This document shows positions 47,716 to 57,647 of a DNA stretch of 64,000 bases, piece by piece. A program made the translations under genes and the position numbers. Every line of letters starts with the position of its first letter. Position 1 is the stretch's first letter. The notes under the pieces were generated by a model. It was not told the DNA's origin and did no database searches. It saw only the letters and a list, made by a program, of their open reading frames with translations. The stretch comes from Candidatus Thorarchaeota archaeon. Its GTDB lineage: Archaea > Asgardarchaeota > Thorarchaeia > Thorarchaeales > Thorarchaeaceae. The stretch covers positions 32,001-96,000 of the forward strand of contig JAFGAR010000040.1 in NCBI GenBank assembly GCA_016933575.1, read 5' to 3'.

Positions 47716-48309
47716 ATGACACGTAAAAAAGGGAAGAACTTAGTAGAAGAAAAACCCCCTCATTTTGAGTGCACAAAATGTGGGACCTGTTGTCGTGATG
47801 ATTCAATTCTAATAACAGTCACGGGAGGTGATATCAAGAATATTTCATCTGTTTTGGATCTAAGTCCCGAGGAAATCCTTCGAGCACTCGACTTCTATAT
47901 TACCTCAGATGACAGACCAGCTCCCCTTGGTCTAAAGGATATTCCCTCTCCAATCACTGAACGTGGCAAGGCATTGATTGCTCTTAGAAAGATGGAGAAT
48001 GGGGAATGTATCTTCCTCAAGGATGACCTCTGCATGATTCACACATTTCGTCCAGTGGTATGTCAGTCTTTTCCATTTGTGTTTTCTATAAAGGGTGGTG
48101 AGATAATGTGGGGGCTAAGTGCAAAGAAAGAAATCTGTCCCGGGCTTGGAACTGGTCCACTTGTTTCTGTTGATGAACTTGGTAGTCTTGCAGAATTGGT
48201 ACTAAGAGAGATAGGCAATTATCACGTATTTGTAGATGAATGGAACCAGAATGGAGGAGGGTCTACACTCAACCTCATTCGTACTATTCTCTCTGATGCG
48301 CGTTTCTAA
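47716..48309 (+). CDS. YkgJ family cysteine-cluster protein
   Basis: CTKCGTCC, CIFL...CMIHTFRPVVCQSFPF, CPG. Confidence 0.9.
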   Translation: MTRKKGKNLVEEKPPHFECTKCGTCCRDDSILITVTGGDIKNISSVLDLSPEEILRALDFYITSDDRPAPLGLKDIPSPITERGKALIALRKMENGECIFLKDDLCMIHTFRPVVCQSFPFVFSIKGGEIMWGLSAKKEICPGLGTGPLVSVDELGSLAELVLREIGNYHVFVDEWNQNGGGSTLNLIRTILSDARF

Positions 48310-48312
48310 ATT

Positions 48313-49272
48313 CTACAGTTTTGTCAAGATTTGTAGAATATTCCCAAAATTATGCTCAACTGTTCTACTCTTCTCAGCATATCCAGAAAGTACTTTCAAT
48401 CGATCATCATTCTTTTCCATTTCCATAAACCGGTCAGAACGTATCTCATCATGAATGCTCTTATTGAGACTAAGAATCTCATCTGACGACCTGAGGATAT
48501 ATTGAAGCATCTTGATTAGCAGGTTGAAGTCATTGATATCTCTAAGTTGTAACGTTTGACTATAGAATTGAAATTCCATCCTTGCCAATCGTTCACGCAT
48601 TCTGATGAGATTGAGGACCCATGATTGAGCTTCGTCATCTTCCAATTTTTGATGAAGGTCTGACCAATAGTGCTGTTGTTCTAATAGCTGTACAAGATAG
48701 TTCTGCAGAAAGAGGAAATGGTCCACTCCATTCTCAATGTCATCTTCTGTTCCGATTGGTTTCATCATAGAGTCCATTTGACTATGCTTTACAGCAATTT
48801 TGAGTGAGAATTTGTCAACATATCGTTTGATCTCATCGGTCTTCTCTCTTTTTGTCATGAGGTCTGCGAAAGTGTCACCAAGAGTCAGGATGAATTTGTA
48901 AAGACACTCGGAACAAATCTCAGCATTTGCAGTTGCTTCTTTTGTTGATAGAAATTGAAGTGCATCTTCTAGGTCGTCCGCTGGTACATCTTTTCCATGA
49001 ATTCTAAGAACCCAACCCTGAGAAATGCAATACACCTTGTTATCGGGGTAATTGATGAAGATGGAAGCATAACATACATTTCCCTCCGATGCTTGTTCTT
49101 CCTCCATACTCTCCTTATCGCGGTGAAAACCAAATATGGATGGGTCTATCTCAATGGCTTCAATCTCAAGAACACTATCATCATTGACACAGAGTTTCTC
49201 ATCTCCAAATACCTTGTAACATGGACACCCTCTGACCATTTTAATTGAAGATGATTCTTGATCGCTTAACAC
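48313..49272 (-). CDS. Hypothetical Cys-motif protein, paralog 1
   Basis: GCPCYKVFG, CY, YCISQG, ICSECLYK, then a helical C-terminus. Confidence 0.75.
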   Translation of the reverse strand: MLSDQESSSIKMVRGCPCYKVFGDEKLCVNDDSVLEIEAIEIDPSIFGFHRDKESMEEEQASEGNVCYASIFINYPDNKVYCISQGWVLRIHGKDVPADDLEDALQFLSTKEATANAEICSECLYKFILTLGDTFADLMTKREKTDEIKRYVDKFSLKIAVKHSQMDSMMKPIGTEDDIENGVDHFLFLQNYLVQLLEQQHYWSDLHQKLEDDEAQSWVLNLIRMRERLARMEFQFYSQTLQLRDINDFNLLIKMLQYILRSSDEILSLNKSIHDEIRSDRFMEMEKNDDRLKVLSGYAEKSRTVEHNFGNILQILTKL

Positions 49273-49357
49273 ATTGCTCTGCTCCAGACGATAATATTCC
49301 GATTGTTAGCTCTTTTTCTACTCTAAAAAGATATTTCTAGTTGGCATTTAGGAGTTC

Positions 49358-50278
49358 TTATACGGTGTGTTGATCGATTTCAGTTAACACTCTCACAAGA
49401 TTACTAAATCTGTATTCCGTCCTCTTCCTTTTTTCAGAATGCGTGTGCAATTTCTCCTGTAAGTCTTTACTCAGAATATTGCGTTCCATCAGGTCATAGG
49501 TCTTCTCTCTGATCAGATCGCTTAGTTGTATTACTCTCTCAGACACCCCAACCATGAATCTGAGTGCCTCCAGCGCATCAATCTCCTGTGGCGGATTTTC
49601 CAACTCTAGTACCTGCGATAAGAAAATGACCTCAAGTCTGTAGAACTCTCTGTAGCAATCAACAAGTTCTATTAAAGCAATATCAGCTTGTGACTTCTTT
49701 AGTTTTAGCGTTAAAGCCGCCCATTGAGACCGAGTGGAGTTGATTCGTTTGATATGTCTCTTCATAGCTTTGGCATAATCGCTAATTGATTCACCTTTCA
49801 CTGAGTAATTAACTATCTCAGCTGCCATTTTCATAGAAACCTCTTTCACGTAGGTTGTGACTATTTCACCTCTTTCCGTATCTGTCAGGAATCCCTCTGA
49901 TGCCTCTCCAAGTGTTCGCAGATATTTATACAGACACTCTGAACAGATTATACCATCACTACTCTTCTCTGTGGATGTTACGAATTGTAGGGCACTATCA
50001 ACCTCTGAAGATTTGACGTCCTTGTCATTGATTCTTATCCTCTTGCCTTGACTCACACAATAACAATAGCCCTCGTTTCTATCAAGGTAGATTAGAAGAT
50101 AGCACATATTCTCATTGTTACTCTTATGCTCTAGGAGTTCTTCAATTGTATTAATTTGTTCGAAAAATGAAGGATCTACTGAGATTGCTCTGATTGGAAG
50201 AACATCATCGTTATTTAGGCACACTTTCTCTTTTTCTTCTATTCCAAATTCCTTGTAGCACGGACATCCCTTGACCAA
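49358..50278 (-). CDS. Hypothetical Cys-motif protein, paralog 2
   Basis: GCPCYKEFG, CY, YCVSQG, ICSECLYK; frame stays open about 24 codons upstream. Confidence 0.75.
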   Translation of the reverse strand: MVKGCPCYKEFGIEEKEKVCLNNDDVLPIRAISVDPSFFEQINTIEELLEHKSNNENMCYLLIYLDRNEGYCYCVSQGKRIRINDKDVKSSEVDSALQFVTSTEKSSDGIICSECLYKYLRTLGEASEGFLTDTERGEIVTTYVKEVSMKMAAEIVNYSVKGESISDYAKAMKRHIKRINSTRSQWAALTLKLKKSQADIALIELVDCYREFYRLEVIFLSQVLELENPPQEIDALEALRFMVGVSERVIQLSDLIREKTYDLMERNILSKDLQEKLHTHSEKRKRTEYRFSNLVRVLTEIDQHTV

Positions 50279-50538
50279 GCATGTTGATGTCTGATTGGAG
50301 TCAACTGGATTTGAATCAAGATCAATTCCAGAGGCCTCATGCTTAATCTGTTACACGCTCCTTTGAGGGGGAATCCTCAGTATTAGATATAACCTAATAT
50401 GAATAGATATCAAGGTTTCTTATATGGACATCTAGCGTATCACTCGACGCGCCAAAGACAGGCCTCTTACCTTCTATACACTTTTCAATCATTCTCGCAT
50501 GTCGAAATAGTGTACTATCTGCTTGATTTTGAGATTGA

Positions 50539-50679
50539 TTATCCCCAGAGCTCTCGTTTGAGTAGATCTCGAATCGCTATTCTGATTGCCTCTGACCTGT
50601 TTGGGTAGAGATTGTTTTCAACCAAGCGTTCAAGTCCCTCGACGTATTGTTCAGGAATATGCAATGTTACTAGCTTCAT
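50539..50679 (-). CDS. Ribbon-helix-helix regulator, CdrS-like
   Basis: MKLVTLHIP...YPNRSEAIRIAIRDLL. Confidence 0.85.
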   Translation of the reverse strand: MKLVTLHIPEQYVEGLERLVENNLYPNRSEAIRIAIRDLLKRELWG

Positions 50680-50802
50680 GATGAGTAATCTCCTGATAGG
50701 GTTCTGTGTCATACATGAATATGGTTGTGAGTAATACTCGCTTGGCACTAGAATTCAGAAGTTTGATATTGATTCAAAATAATAATTGAATGAGGTAGAG
50801 TA

Positions 50803-51096
50803 TTGAGCGATTGGGAAGAACGAAGACGAAAATCGTGGGGATATTATGTATGCCTTCTCATATTAATCTGGCCTGTTTTTTTGATACCAGTGAATCTATT
50901 TCTTGCTATTCTGTATTTAGAATTTGATTATCTAATTCTCTCCTTCATGTACGCAATACTAGTAATTGGACTTGTTCTTGGTTTTGGCGCAAGATATCGC
51001 TATCGAGGGATAAATCCTGCATCAAGGAATCCAATCAATGTGGGTGATGGCCACTATTTTGAAAGAATAGGTGCAGATGAGTCAGAGTACCCATAA
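50803..51096 (+). CDS. Small two-TM membrane protein
   Basis: Two hydrophobic helices; GAGGT upstream. Confidence 0.55.
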   Translation: MSDWEERRRKSWGYYVCLLILIWPVFLIPVNLFLAILYLEFDYLILSFMYAILVIGLVLGFGARYRYRGINPASRNPINVGDGHYFERIGADESEYP

Positions 51097-51207
51097 TACT
51101 TCTAGCAACCTGCTAAGGTATTTGAAACTAATTTGGCCGTCAGGATAGAAGTTATATGACTGAGGAATTGAACCCCGACCTGTGCCCAACCATAGGTCGT
51201 GTACAAA

Positions 51208-53322
51208 ATGGACCGGCAGAAAGGAATCGACGTATTGTTCAATCCTCGCACAATAGCAGTGATTGGAGCATCAGAGACCCGTGGGAAACTTGGTAATGAT
51301 GTCATGAGGAATCTTATCGAGAGCGGATATGAAGGTCGAATATATCCAATAAATCCAAAATCGAGTGATATTCTTGGTCATAGAGCATATCGGTCGATTA
51401 TAGATATAGCTAGCACCATCGATGTTGCTGTCATTGTAATACCTGCCAAATTTGTGCTGAAAGCTGTAGAAGAATGCGGAGAAAAAGGTGTCAAAGCCTT
51501 AGTCATCATTACAGCTGGCTTCAAAGAGATTGGTCACGAAGGGCAAGAACTCGAGAAGAAGCTTGTTGATCTCGCTGAGAAATATGAGATGGTCATCCAA
51601 GGTCCCAATTGTCTTGGCATCATCAATACATCATCTCCTTACAACGCTTCATTCTCTTCAGGAACTCCCAGTAAAGGAACAATTGCTTTTGCCTCACAAT
51701 CTGGCGCTCTTATGACAGGTATTCTGGATTGGAGCCTTATGGAAAAGATTGGATTCTCAAAATTCGTAAGTCTTGGAAATAAGGCTCATCTCAATGAAGC
51801 TGACTTCATTGAGGCTTTTGGTCGCGATCCCGATTCAACGTTTATTCTCCTCTATATAGAGTCTGTAGTTGATGGGCACAAGTTTATGGAAGCCTGTCGA
51901 AAAGTCATTCCACAGAAACCAATCTTTGTTGTGAAATCGGGAGTAAGTGCTGCAGGCGCTAGAGCCGCATCTTCGCATACAGGATCTTTGGCTGGAAGTG
52001 ATACTGCTTATGATGTCGCTTTCAAACAGTCGGGAGTTCGAAGAGCTAATGATATGGCTGCTCTCTTTGACATTGCATCAGTGTTCGATGACATGTATCT
52101 GCCATCAGGAAACCGTGTAGCAATTGTGACAAATGCTGGGGGTCCGGGTATTCTCACAACAGATGCCTGCGAAGCTAGTGGTCTTGATATTGCTCAACTC
52201 TCATCGCAGACAATAGAATTCCTTAAGGAAAATCTGCCTCCTGCTGCCGCTGTCTATAATCCCATTGATGCGCTAGGAACTGCTCAACCTGAAGATTATG
52301 GACTTTGTATCGAGGCTGCACTTCGAGACGAAAATGTCGACTCAGTATTAGTTCTCTTAACTCCCCAAGCTATGACCAAAGAAACTGAAACTGCTCAAGT
52401 GATTGTTGATGCCCATACAAAATATCCTGACAAGCCTTTGATCGCAGTATTCATGGGCGGTAACTCGATGGTCTACCCAAGGATTGTGTTGACAGAAGGT
52501 CATATCCCCGTTTTTGATTTTCCAGAGCGAGCTGTGCATGCTCTTGCAGAGCTCTACAAATATACTGTAAGCCGGGATAGTCTTAGAGATGAATCCATAC
52601 CTAAATTCAAGGCAGATAAAAAGAAGGTTGAGAAAATCATTAGTGATGTGCGAAAAGATAACCGACGCGTTCTCCTTGGCAATGAAGCTCATGCTATAGC
52701 TGAAGCGTATGATATTCCGGTCGCAAAAATACGACTTGCAACGAGCTCGGAAGAAGCAAAGAATCTTGCAGAAGAACTTGGTTATCCAGTGGTCTTGAAG
52801 ATAGCAAGCCCTGATATAGTTCATAAGAGCGATATTGGTGGAATTAAGGTAGGTCTCAAGACGCCTGAGGAGGTTGAGGCAGCATTCCTTCAGATTCTCG
52901 ATAATGCCAAGAAACATATGCCTAAGGCGATTATCTATGGTGTCGACATACAGGAGATGGCTGAAACAGGAAAAGAACTGATCATTGGATGTTCTAGAGA
53001 TGTTCAGTTTGGTCCTCTGATAATGTTTGGAGCTGGTGGTATCTTTGTTAACTACCTCAAGGACATCTCCTTCAAACTTGCTCCTATGACACGAACTGAT
53101 GCTAATGAGCTCATCATGGAGACCAAAATTGGTACGCTTTTGAAAGGTGTCCGTGGTGAATTACCAAGTGATGTGATTGCTATAGAAGATACTATTCTGA
53201 AAATCAGTCAGCTTGTTACTGATTTTGAAGAGATAGTTGAACTTGATATCAATCCCGCCTTTGCCTATGACAAAGGAAAAGGTGTATCAGCAGTTGATGT
53301 GAAAATTACAATCGGCGGGTGA
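51208..53322 (+). CDS. acd: ADP-forming acetate/acyl-CoA ligase, fused alpha-beta
   Basis: IAVIGAS, GPNCLG, SQSGA, ASSHTGSLAG, TNAGGPG, HKSDIGG, ELDINP. Confidence 0.93.
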   Translation: MDRQKGIDVLFNPRTIAVIGASETRGKLGNDVMRNLIESGYEGRIYPINPKSSDILGHRAYRSIIDIASTIDVAVIVIPAKFVLKAVEECGEKGVKALVIITAGFKEIGHEGQELEKKLVDLAEKYEMVIQGPNCLGIINTSSPYNASFSSGTPSKGTIAFASQSGALMTGILDWSLMEKIGFSKFVSLGNKAHLNEADFIEAFGRDPDSTFILLYIESVVDGHKFMEACRKVIPQKPIFVVKSGVSAAGARAASSHTGSLAGSDTAYDVAFKQSGVRRANDMAALFDIASVFDDMYLPSGNRVAIVTNAGGPGILTTDACEASGLDIAQLSSQTIEFLKENLPPAAAVYNPIDALGTAQPEDYGLCIEAALRDENVDSVLVLLTPQAMTKETETAQVIVDAHTKYPDKPLIAVFMGGNSMVYPRIVLTEGHIPVFDFPERAVHALAELYKYTVSRDSLRDESIPKFKADKKKVEKIISDVRKDNRRVLLGNEAHAIAEAYDIPVAKIRLATSSEEAKNLAEELGYPVVLKIASPDIVHKSDIGGIKVGLKTPEEVEAAFLQILDNAKKHMPKAIIYGVDIQEMAETGKELIIGCSRDVQFGPLIMFGAGGIFVNYLKDISFKLAPMTRTDANELIMETKIGTLLKGVRGELPSDVIAIEDTILKISQLVTDFEEIVELDINPAFAYDKGKGVSAVDVKITIGG

Positions 53323-54392
53323 TTATAGTGGCGAGGAACATTGTGATTACAGGCGATACTGTAACTGGCAAGACAATGGTTGCAATTGCCTTGACAAATC
53401 GGTTCAAGGCAAATGGCAAGTCCGTTGGATATTTTAAACCCTCTGGCATGAAGAGTTTCATTCATAGTACCCCTGATGAGGATGTTGACGAAGATGCTGC
53501 AGTCATGAAAGAACTTCTAGGAATGGATGAGAAGTTGAGCTGCATCTGTCCAATTGTCCGCCATCTGTCAAGTTACGACGAACTACTTCGTATTGGGAAA
53601 GAGACCTTACACACTCGAGTATTCAAGTGCTATGAGCATATCGCAAAAGATAGTGACTATGTCATTATTGAAGGTACGAAGTCACCATGGAATCTTCTAC
53701 ATGTTGGACTATCTACACCAGAGATTGCTCAGGAGCTTGATGCGACTGTGATTTGTCTTGTTAACTTCCCCGATATCACTGCAATTGATGATGTTTTGAT
53801 GCAGAGCGAGCTTTTCACAAGTCATGGTATAAGTAAGATTGGAATTGTGCTGAATCTTGTGCCTCCTATGTTGAAGAAAGTTGTAAATGAAAACATCCGA
53901 CCCTTCTTTGAAGAACGTGGAATGTCCTTCTGTGGGGTACTGTACGATAACAGGGAACTGTTCAGTCCCACTATTGGAGAAATTTTGAGAGCCTTGAATG
54001 GTGAAATGGTCATTGGTACTGAAAAGTTGGATCTGCTTATTGACCAGTTTATTGTGGGGAGCATGGCTCCTGAAAACGCACTCAAGTGGTTCCGTAGGTC
54101 AAAAGATAAAGCAGTAATAACAAGTGGCGACAGAACTGACATCTGTCTTGCTGCCTTGGAAACTGACACAAACCTGCTTATTCTGACTGGAGGGATTGGT
54201 CCTGACATCGGTACACTGAGTAGAGCTCGTGAACTTGGTGTTCCCGTTATGATGACTGCACTCGATACATATGGAACAAGCAGAATTGTTGATGGTCTAA
54301 TTGGAACCATCACCGTAGAAAATAAGGAGAAAATCGCGGCTGTTGGCAGAATTGTGGGTGAAGCTCTCCAGCTCGATTCACTAGATTTGTAA
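53319..54392 (+). CDS. Phosphotransacetylase N-terminal-like (BioD-like + DRTGG) protein
   Basis: TGKT, VGYFKP, ITSGDRTD, LILTGG; no PTA catalytic domain. Confidence 0.88.
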   Translation: MIIVARNIVITGDTVTGKTMVAIALTNRFKANGKSVGYFKPSGMKSFIHSTPDEDVDEDAAVMKELLGMDEKLSCICPIVRHLSSYDELLRIGKETLHTRVFKCYEHIAKDSDYVIIEGTKSPWNLLHVGLSTPEIAQELDATVICLVNFPDITAIDDVLMQSELFTSHGISKIGIVLNLVPPMLKKVVNENIRPFFEERGMSFCGVLYDNRELFSPTIGEILRALNGEMVIGTEKLDLLIDQFIVGSMAPENALKWFRRSKDKAVITSGDRTDICLAALETDTNLLILTGGIGPDIGTLSRARELGVPVMMTALDTYGTSRIVDGLIGTITVENKEKIAAVGRIVGEALQLDSLDL

Positions 54393-54401
54393 AATGGGGA
54401 A

Positions 54402-54420
54402 GGGAGCAATAAGTGCTCCC
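54402..54420. terminator. GC hairpin after the acd operon
   Basis: GGGAGCA-ATAAG-TGCTCCC. Confidence 0.5.
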
Positions 54421-54703
54421 GACTTAGAAAGAAGTGATTGTGCAATCGCCGGGAGGAGCTTGCACATTCAAAACGAGTAGTAATAGACCTCCCATAAGTC
54501 CCCTTGTATAGTTGAGCTATTACATGGTTATTATACAGGGGGTATTCTGTGTGTGATACAGACACTGTCACCATAATTCTAACCAGATATACATGGTAAA
54601 ACCTCAAAATTGCTCATCTGAGTTTGTTTTTCAATTCCTAGCAATACATTTATGCTAGGGTAAATTATCGAAATTCTGTTATTCTTAAATATGAGGTGAA
54701 TAA

Positions 54704-55468
54704 ATGGCTTCAGATGCTGAAAAGTCAGAAGCTGCTGGTGAAGCTCTTGACACTGTGAGGACCGATAAAGAACTCGAGTCTTTGAAGTGGATTAGAGAGC
54801 GCCGTTCTATAAGAGAATTCACTGGCGAGCGTATACCTGACGAACATATAGAATTGATCCTTGAAGCTGCTCGGCATGCACCAAGCCCTGAAAACATGCT
54901 GATGATACGCTTCGTTGTGATCCGTGATGATCAGGACATGAAAGTTTTTCTTTCAGATATTGCTCAAGAGATGGCTCAGACTGCTTTTGGTGGAGCCCCC
55001 TTTGAACTCACTAGTGGTCGTAATTGGTTTATTGGTGATCCACACAGGGCTGCAGTCTATGCGCGTCTACGAGATGGCGAGCTTTTCCGATATCCGGAAA
55101 AGAGTGATGCAGTAATTATTGTCTGTGCAAGCGAGTCTTGGCATGATGCAGGCTATCTGTATCCGAACGAGCTTTTCGGATCAGTTGTTTCTGGTATGGC
55201 AATCCAGAACATGTGGTTAACAGCCACAGAGCTTGGGTATGGTTGTGGATATGAAGCACTTGTTTGTTCGGATCCACGACATGCTGAATTGATACGTGAT
55301 AAGTTAGGAATTCCTCCAATCTGGGTTCCTCTAACTGCATTCTGTATTGGTAAACGAATATCTCCAAGAGCACTTGGACCAAGCAGACCTCCACTTGAAG
55401 GATTGATGTATGCTGAACGTTGGGGACATCCCTACAAGCGTCTTGCTTTTAGAGAGGAGGGTGAATAA
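54704..55468 (+). CDS. Nitroreductase family protein
   Basis: RRSIREF, LEAARHAPS, AIQNMWLTATELGYG, SRPPLE. Confidence 0.88.
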   Translation: MASDAEKSEAAGEALDTVRTDKELESLKWIRERRSIREFTGERIPDEHIELILEAARHAPSPENMLMIRFVVIRDDQDMKVFLSDIAQEMAQTAFGGAPFELTSGRNWFIGDPHRAAVYARLRDGELFRYPEKSDAVIIVCASESWHDAGYLYPNELFGSVVSGMAIQNMWLTATELGYGCGYEALVCSDPRHAELIRDKLGIPPIWVPLTAFCIGKRISPRALGPSRPPLEGLMYAERWGHPYKRLAFREEGE

Positions 55469-55996
55469 ATGGACGTAGAATTCAAAGGCGAAACCCTTGC
55501 GAATATGAAGAAGCTTGCAGAAGAGGCTGGTCTTACTCCTGAAGGTCTTATCGAGGTAGTAATGCAACAATTCGTTGATAACAAAGGCGCTAGAGTTTAC
55601 ACTGGCCGTTGGTCAAAGGGTGAAGTGGATGGTGTCAAAGGCTTCAGATATGTGCCTCAATGGCCATTCAGACCTGGTTTCAAGGAAGCTGACGGTTCAG
55701 AGGTCAAACGATGGAAATCCGATTCTAAGAAATTCCGGAAACATCCTACAGGTGCTTGGCCATTCTATCCCCATCTGAAAGAAGGTGACATTGAGCACGA
55801 ATATTGGAGTTCAAAGAAGATGTACCATCAAGCCTTCTTGAACGATAGAAAAGGTCGCATTGTGACCTTGATGGATGGTGATAAATATGAAACCTTTCTC
55901 GATACCGTCAAAAAGCGAAAGGGCAACTTCTGGACCACCACAATCGAGCAGGTCATATTTGAAGCGATCGATGACTGGATGGCAAAGGAGGAATAA
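55469..55996 (+). CDS. Hypothetical protein with RHH-like ends and an internal WPF repeat
   Basis: N-terminal VEFKGETLANMKKLAEEAGLTPEGLIE; WPFRPGFKEAD / WPFYPHLKEGD. Confidence 0.6.
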   Translation: MDVEFKGETLANMKKLAEEAGLTPEGLIEVVMQQFVDNKGARVYTGRWSKGEVDGVKGFRYVPQWPFRPGFKEADGSEVKRWKSDSKKFRKHPTGAWPFYPHLKEGDIEHEYWSSKKMYHQAFLNDRKGRIVTLMDGDKYETFLDTVKKRKGNFWTTTIEQVIFEAIDDWMAKEE

Positions 55997-55998
55997 GA

Positions 55999-56358
55999 AT
56001 GAGTCAATTACAAGAATTTTTCAAATTCCTGATGTCGCAAGTTAACTCAAAGGATGATATGAAAGCTCACCTTGCTACGTGGGTCGGACCCTATCATGGC
56101 AAGATACTCCAAGTGCATACCGAGGAAGGAGCTCAATATATCGTCGTGACAAAGGAAGGCATGAAACTCTTTGATGGTGTCTATCCAAGCCCTGATGTAA
56201 TATACAAGGCAAACTCATCGATACTACTTGGTATCTTTACTGGTGAAACACCATTCAAGGATACTATGAAAGATGGCAGTCTTCAGGTCATTGGAAATGC
56301 TAACGAAAGTGATCCCCTTGCCAATCTAATCCTCGTTGCAATGACAGGTGCACTCTAG
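55999..56358 (+). CDS. SCP2 sterol/lipid-carrier domain protein
   Basis: PDVIYKA...LLGIFTGE...MKDGSLQVIGN. Confidence 0.75.
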   Translation: MSQLQEFFKFLMSQVNSKDDMKAHLATWVGPYHGKILQVHTEEGAQYIVVTKEGMKLFDGVYPSPDVIYKANSSILLGIFTGETPFKDTMKDGSLQVIGNANESDPLANLILVAMTGAL

Positions 56359-56370
56359 GAGGTCCAAATT

Positions 56371-57495
56371 ATGGCTGTCAATAAAATCGCGGTCATTGGC
56401 TCTGGACTCATGGGCTCAGGGATAGCTTATGTTTCTGCTTGGAATGGGATTCATGTTACTATGGTCGACATAAAGCAGGAATATATCGATGCAGGAATGG
56501 AACGCATTCGAACAGATGTGATGACTGGAATCGATAAGGGCAAAATCTCAATGTCCGAAGCTGAGGGTCTCATGAGCAGGCTCAATGCTACTATTGATCT
56601 TGAAGGCGCTGTAAAAGATGCTGACATGGTCATCGAAGCTATCTTTGAGAACATGAAAGTCAAAAAGGAGGTTTTCGCGAAGATTGATGCAGCAGCTCCT
56701 CCACATTGCATCATAGCGTCAAATACATCATCCTTGAGTATCGATGAACTTGCTACAGCAACTAAACGTCCTGACAAAGTAATTGGAATGCACTATTTCT
56801 CTCCTGTTGCAGCAATGAAACTCCTTGAGGTTGTCATTGGAGAAAAGACTAGTGAAGAGACTATTGCTGCTGCAATTGCTGTCGGTGAGAAACAAAAGAA
56901 ACAGACAGTAAAGGCGAAGAATAGTCCTGGTTTCATAGTCAACCGAATCTTGATGCCGGTACTCCGAGAGGCAATCATTCTCTACGAACAAGGCGTTGCT
57001 ACAAAGGAAGAAATCGATAATGCAATGACCACTAAGGCAAAATTCCCAGCAGGTCCCTTTACTCTTGGAGATTTTGTTGGTCTTGATGTAGCCTTCAATG
57101 CAATGAGTACACTCTATCGTGAACTCGGCGACTGCTTCAAGCCTCCTGAGGTTCTTGCCAAACTTGTCGAAGAAGGTGCTATAGGTACTAAAGCCAAGAA
57201 AGGTTTCTACCAATACGGTGCTGAGCAAGCAGAACCTGAAGAACCGAAAGGTGTTGACAGTGATTGGCTTGTGAATCGAATTACAATGCCTGTTCTCCGT
57301 GAAGCAATGATTCTAGTTGACCATGGTATTGCTAATGAGAACGATATTGACATTGGAATGAAGCTTGGAGCAAGTTTTCCAGCTGGACCTTTTGAAACTC
57401 TGAACAAAATTGGCAAAGACAAGGTCCGCAACGAGTTGGAAAAGCTACACAAAGAACTTGGTGAATGCTATTCAGTGCCAAAATACCTTGGATAA
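56371..57495 (+). CDS. hbd: 3-hydroxyacyl-CoA dehydrogenase (duplicated C-terminal domain)
   Basis: GSGLMGSGIA, EAIFE, SNTSS, GMHYFSP, PGFIVNR, GPF..GD.VGLD. Confidence 0.93.
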   Translation: MAVNKIAVIGSGLMGSGIAYVSAWNGIHVTMVDIKQEYIDAGMERIRTDVMTGIDKGKISMSEAEGLMSRLNATIDLEGAVKDADMVIEAIFENMKVKKEVFAKIDAAAPPHCIIASNTSSLSIDELATATKRPDKVIGMHYFSPVAAMKLLEVVIGEKTSEETIAAAIAVGEKQKKQTVKAKNSPGFIVNRILMPVLREAIILYEQGVATKEEIDNAMTTKAKFPAGPFTLGDFVGLDVAFNAMSTLYRELGDCFKPPEVLAKLVEEGAIGTKAKKGFYQYGAEQAEPEEPKGVDSDWLVNRITMPVLREAMILVDHGIANENDIDIGMKLGASFPAGPFETLNKIGKDKVRNELEKLHKELGECYSVPKYLG

Positions 57496-57504
57496 TCCAA
57501 ACTA

Positions 57505-57540
57505 AAGGCAGGTATTTCATCCTGCCTTCTTACCTTTTTT
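57505..57540 (+). terminator. Hairpin + T-tract
   Basis: AAGGCAGG-TATTTCAT-CCTGCCTT...TTTTTT. Confidence 0.6.
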
Positions 57541-57647
57541 GAAAATCACGTATTTTCGAGATTATAGAAGGTCCGACTCTGTCAAGAATGGAGTTTATAA
57601 GTGAGACCGGTTCTCATTTTTGTTATCGTCTCCGTAAAGGTGGTATC

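Noticed and set aside
53822-54607. 261-aa antisense ORF and the many other short overlapping ORFs in the track
   Set aside because: They are shadows of well-supported genes on the opposite strand or frame, with no motifs.
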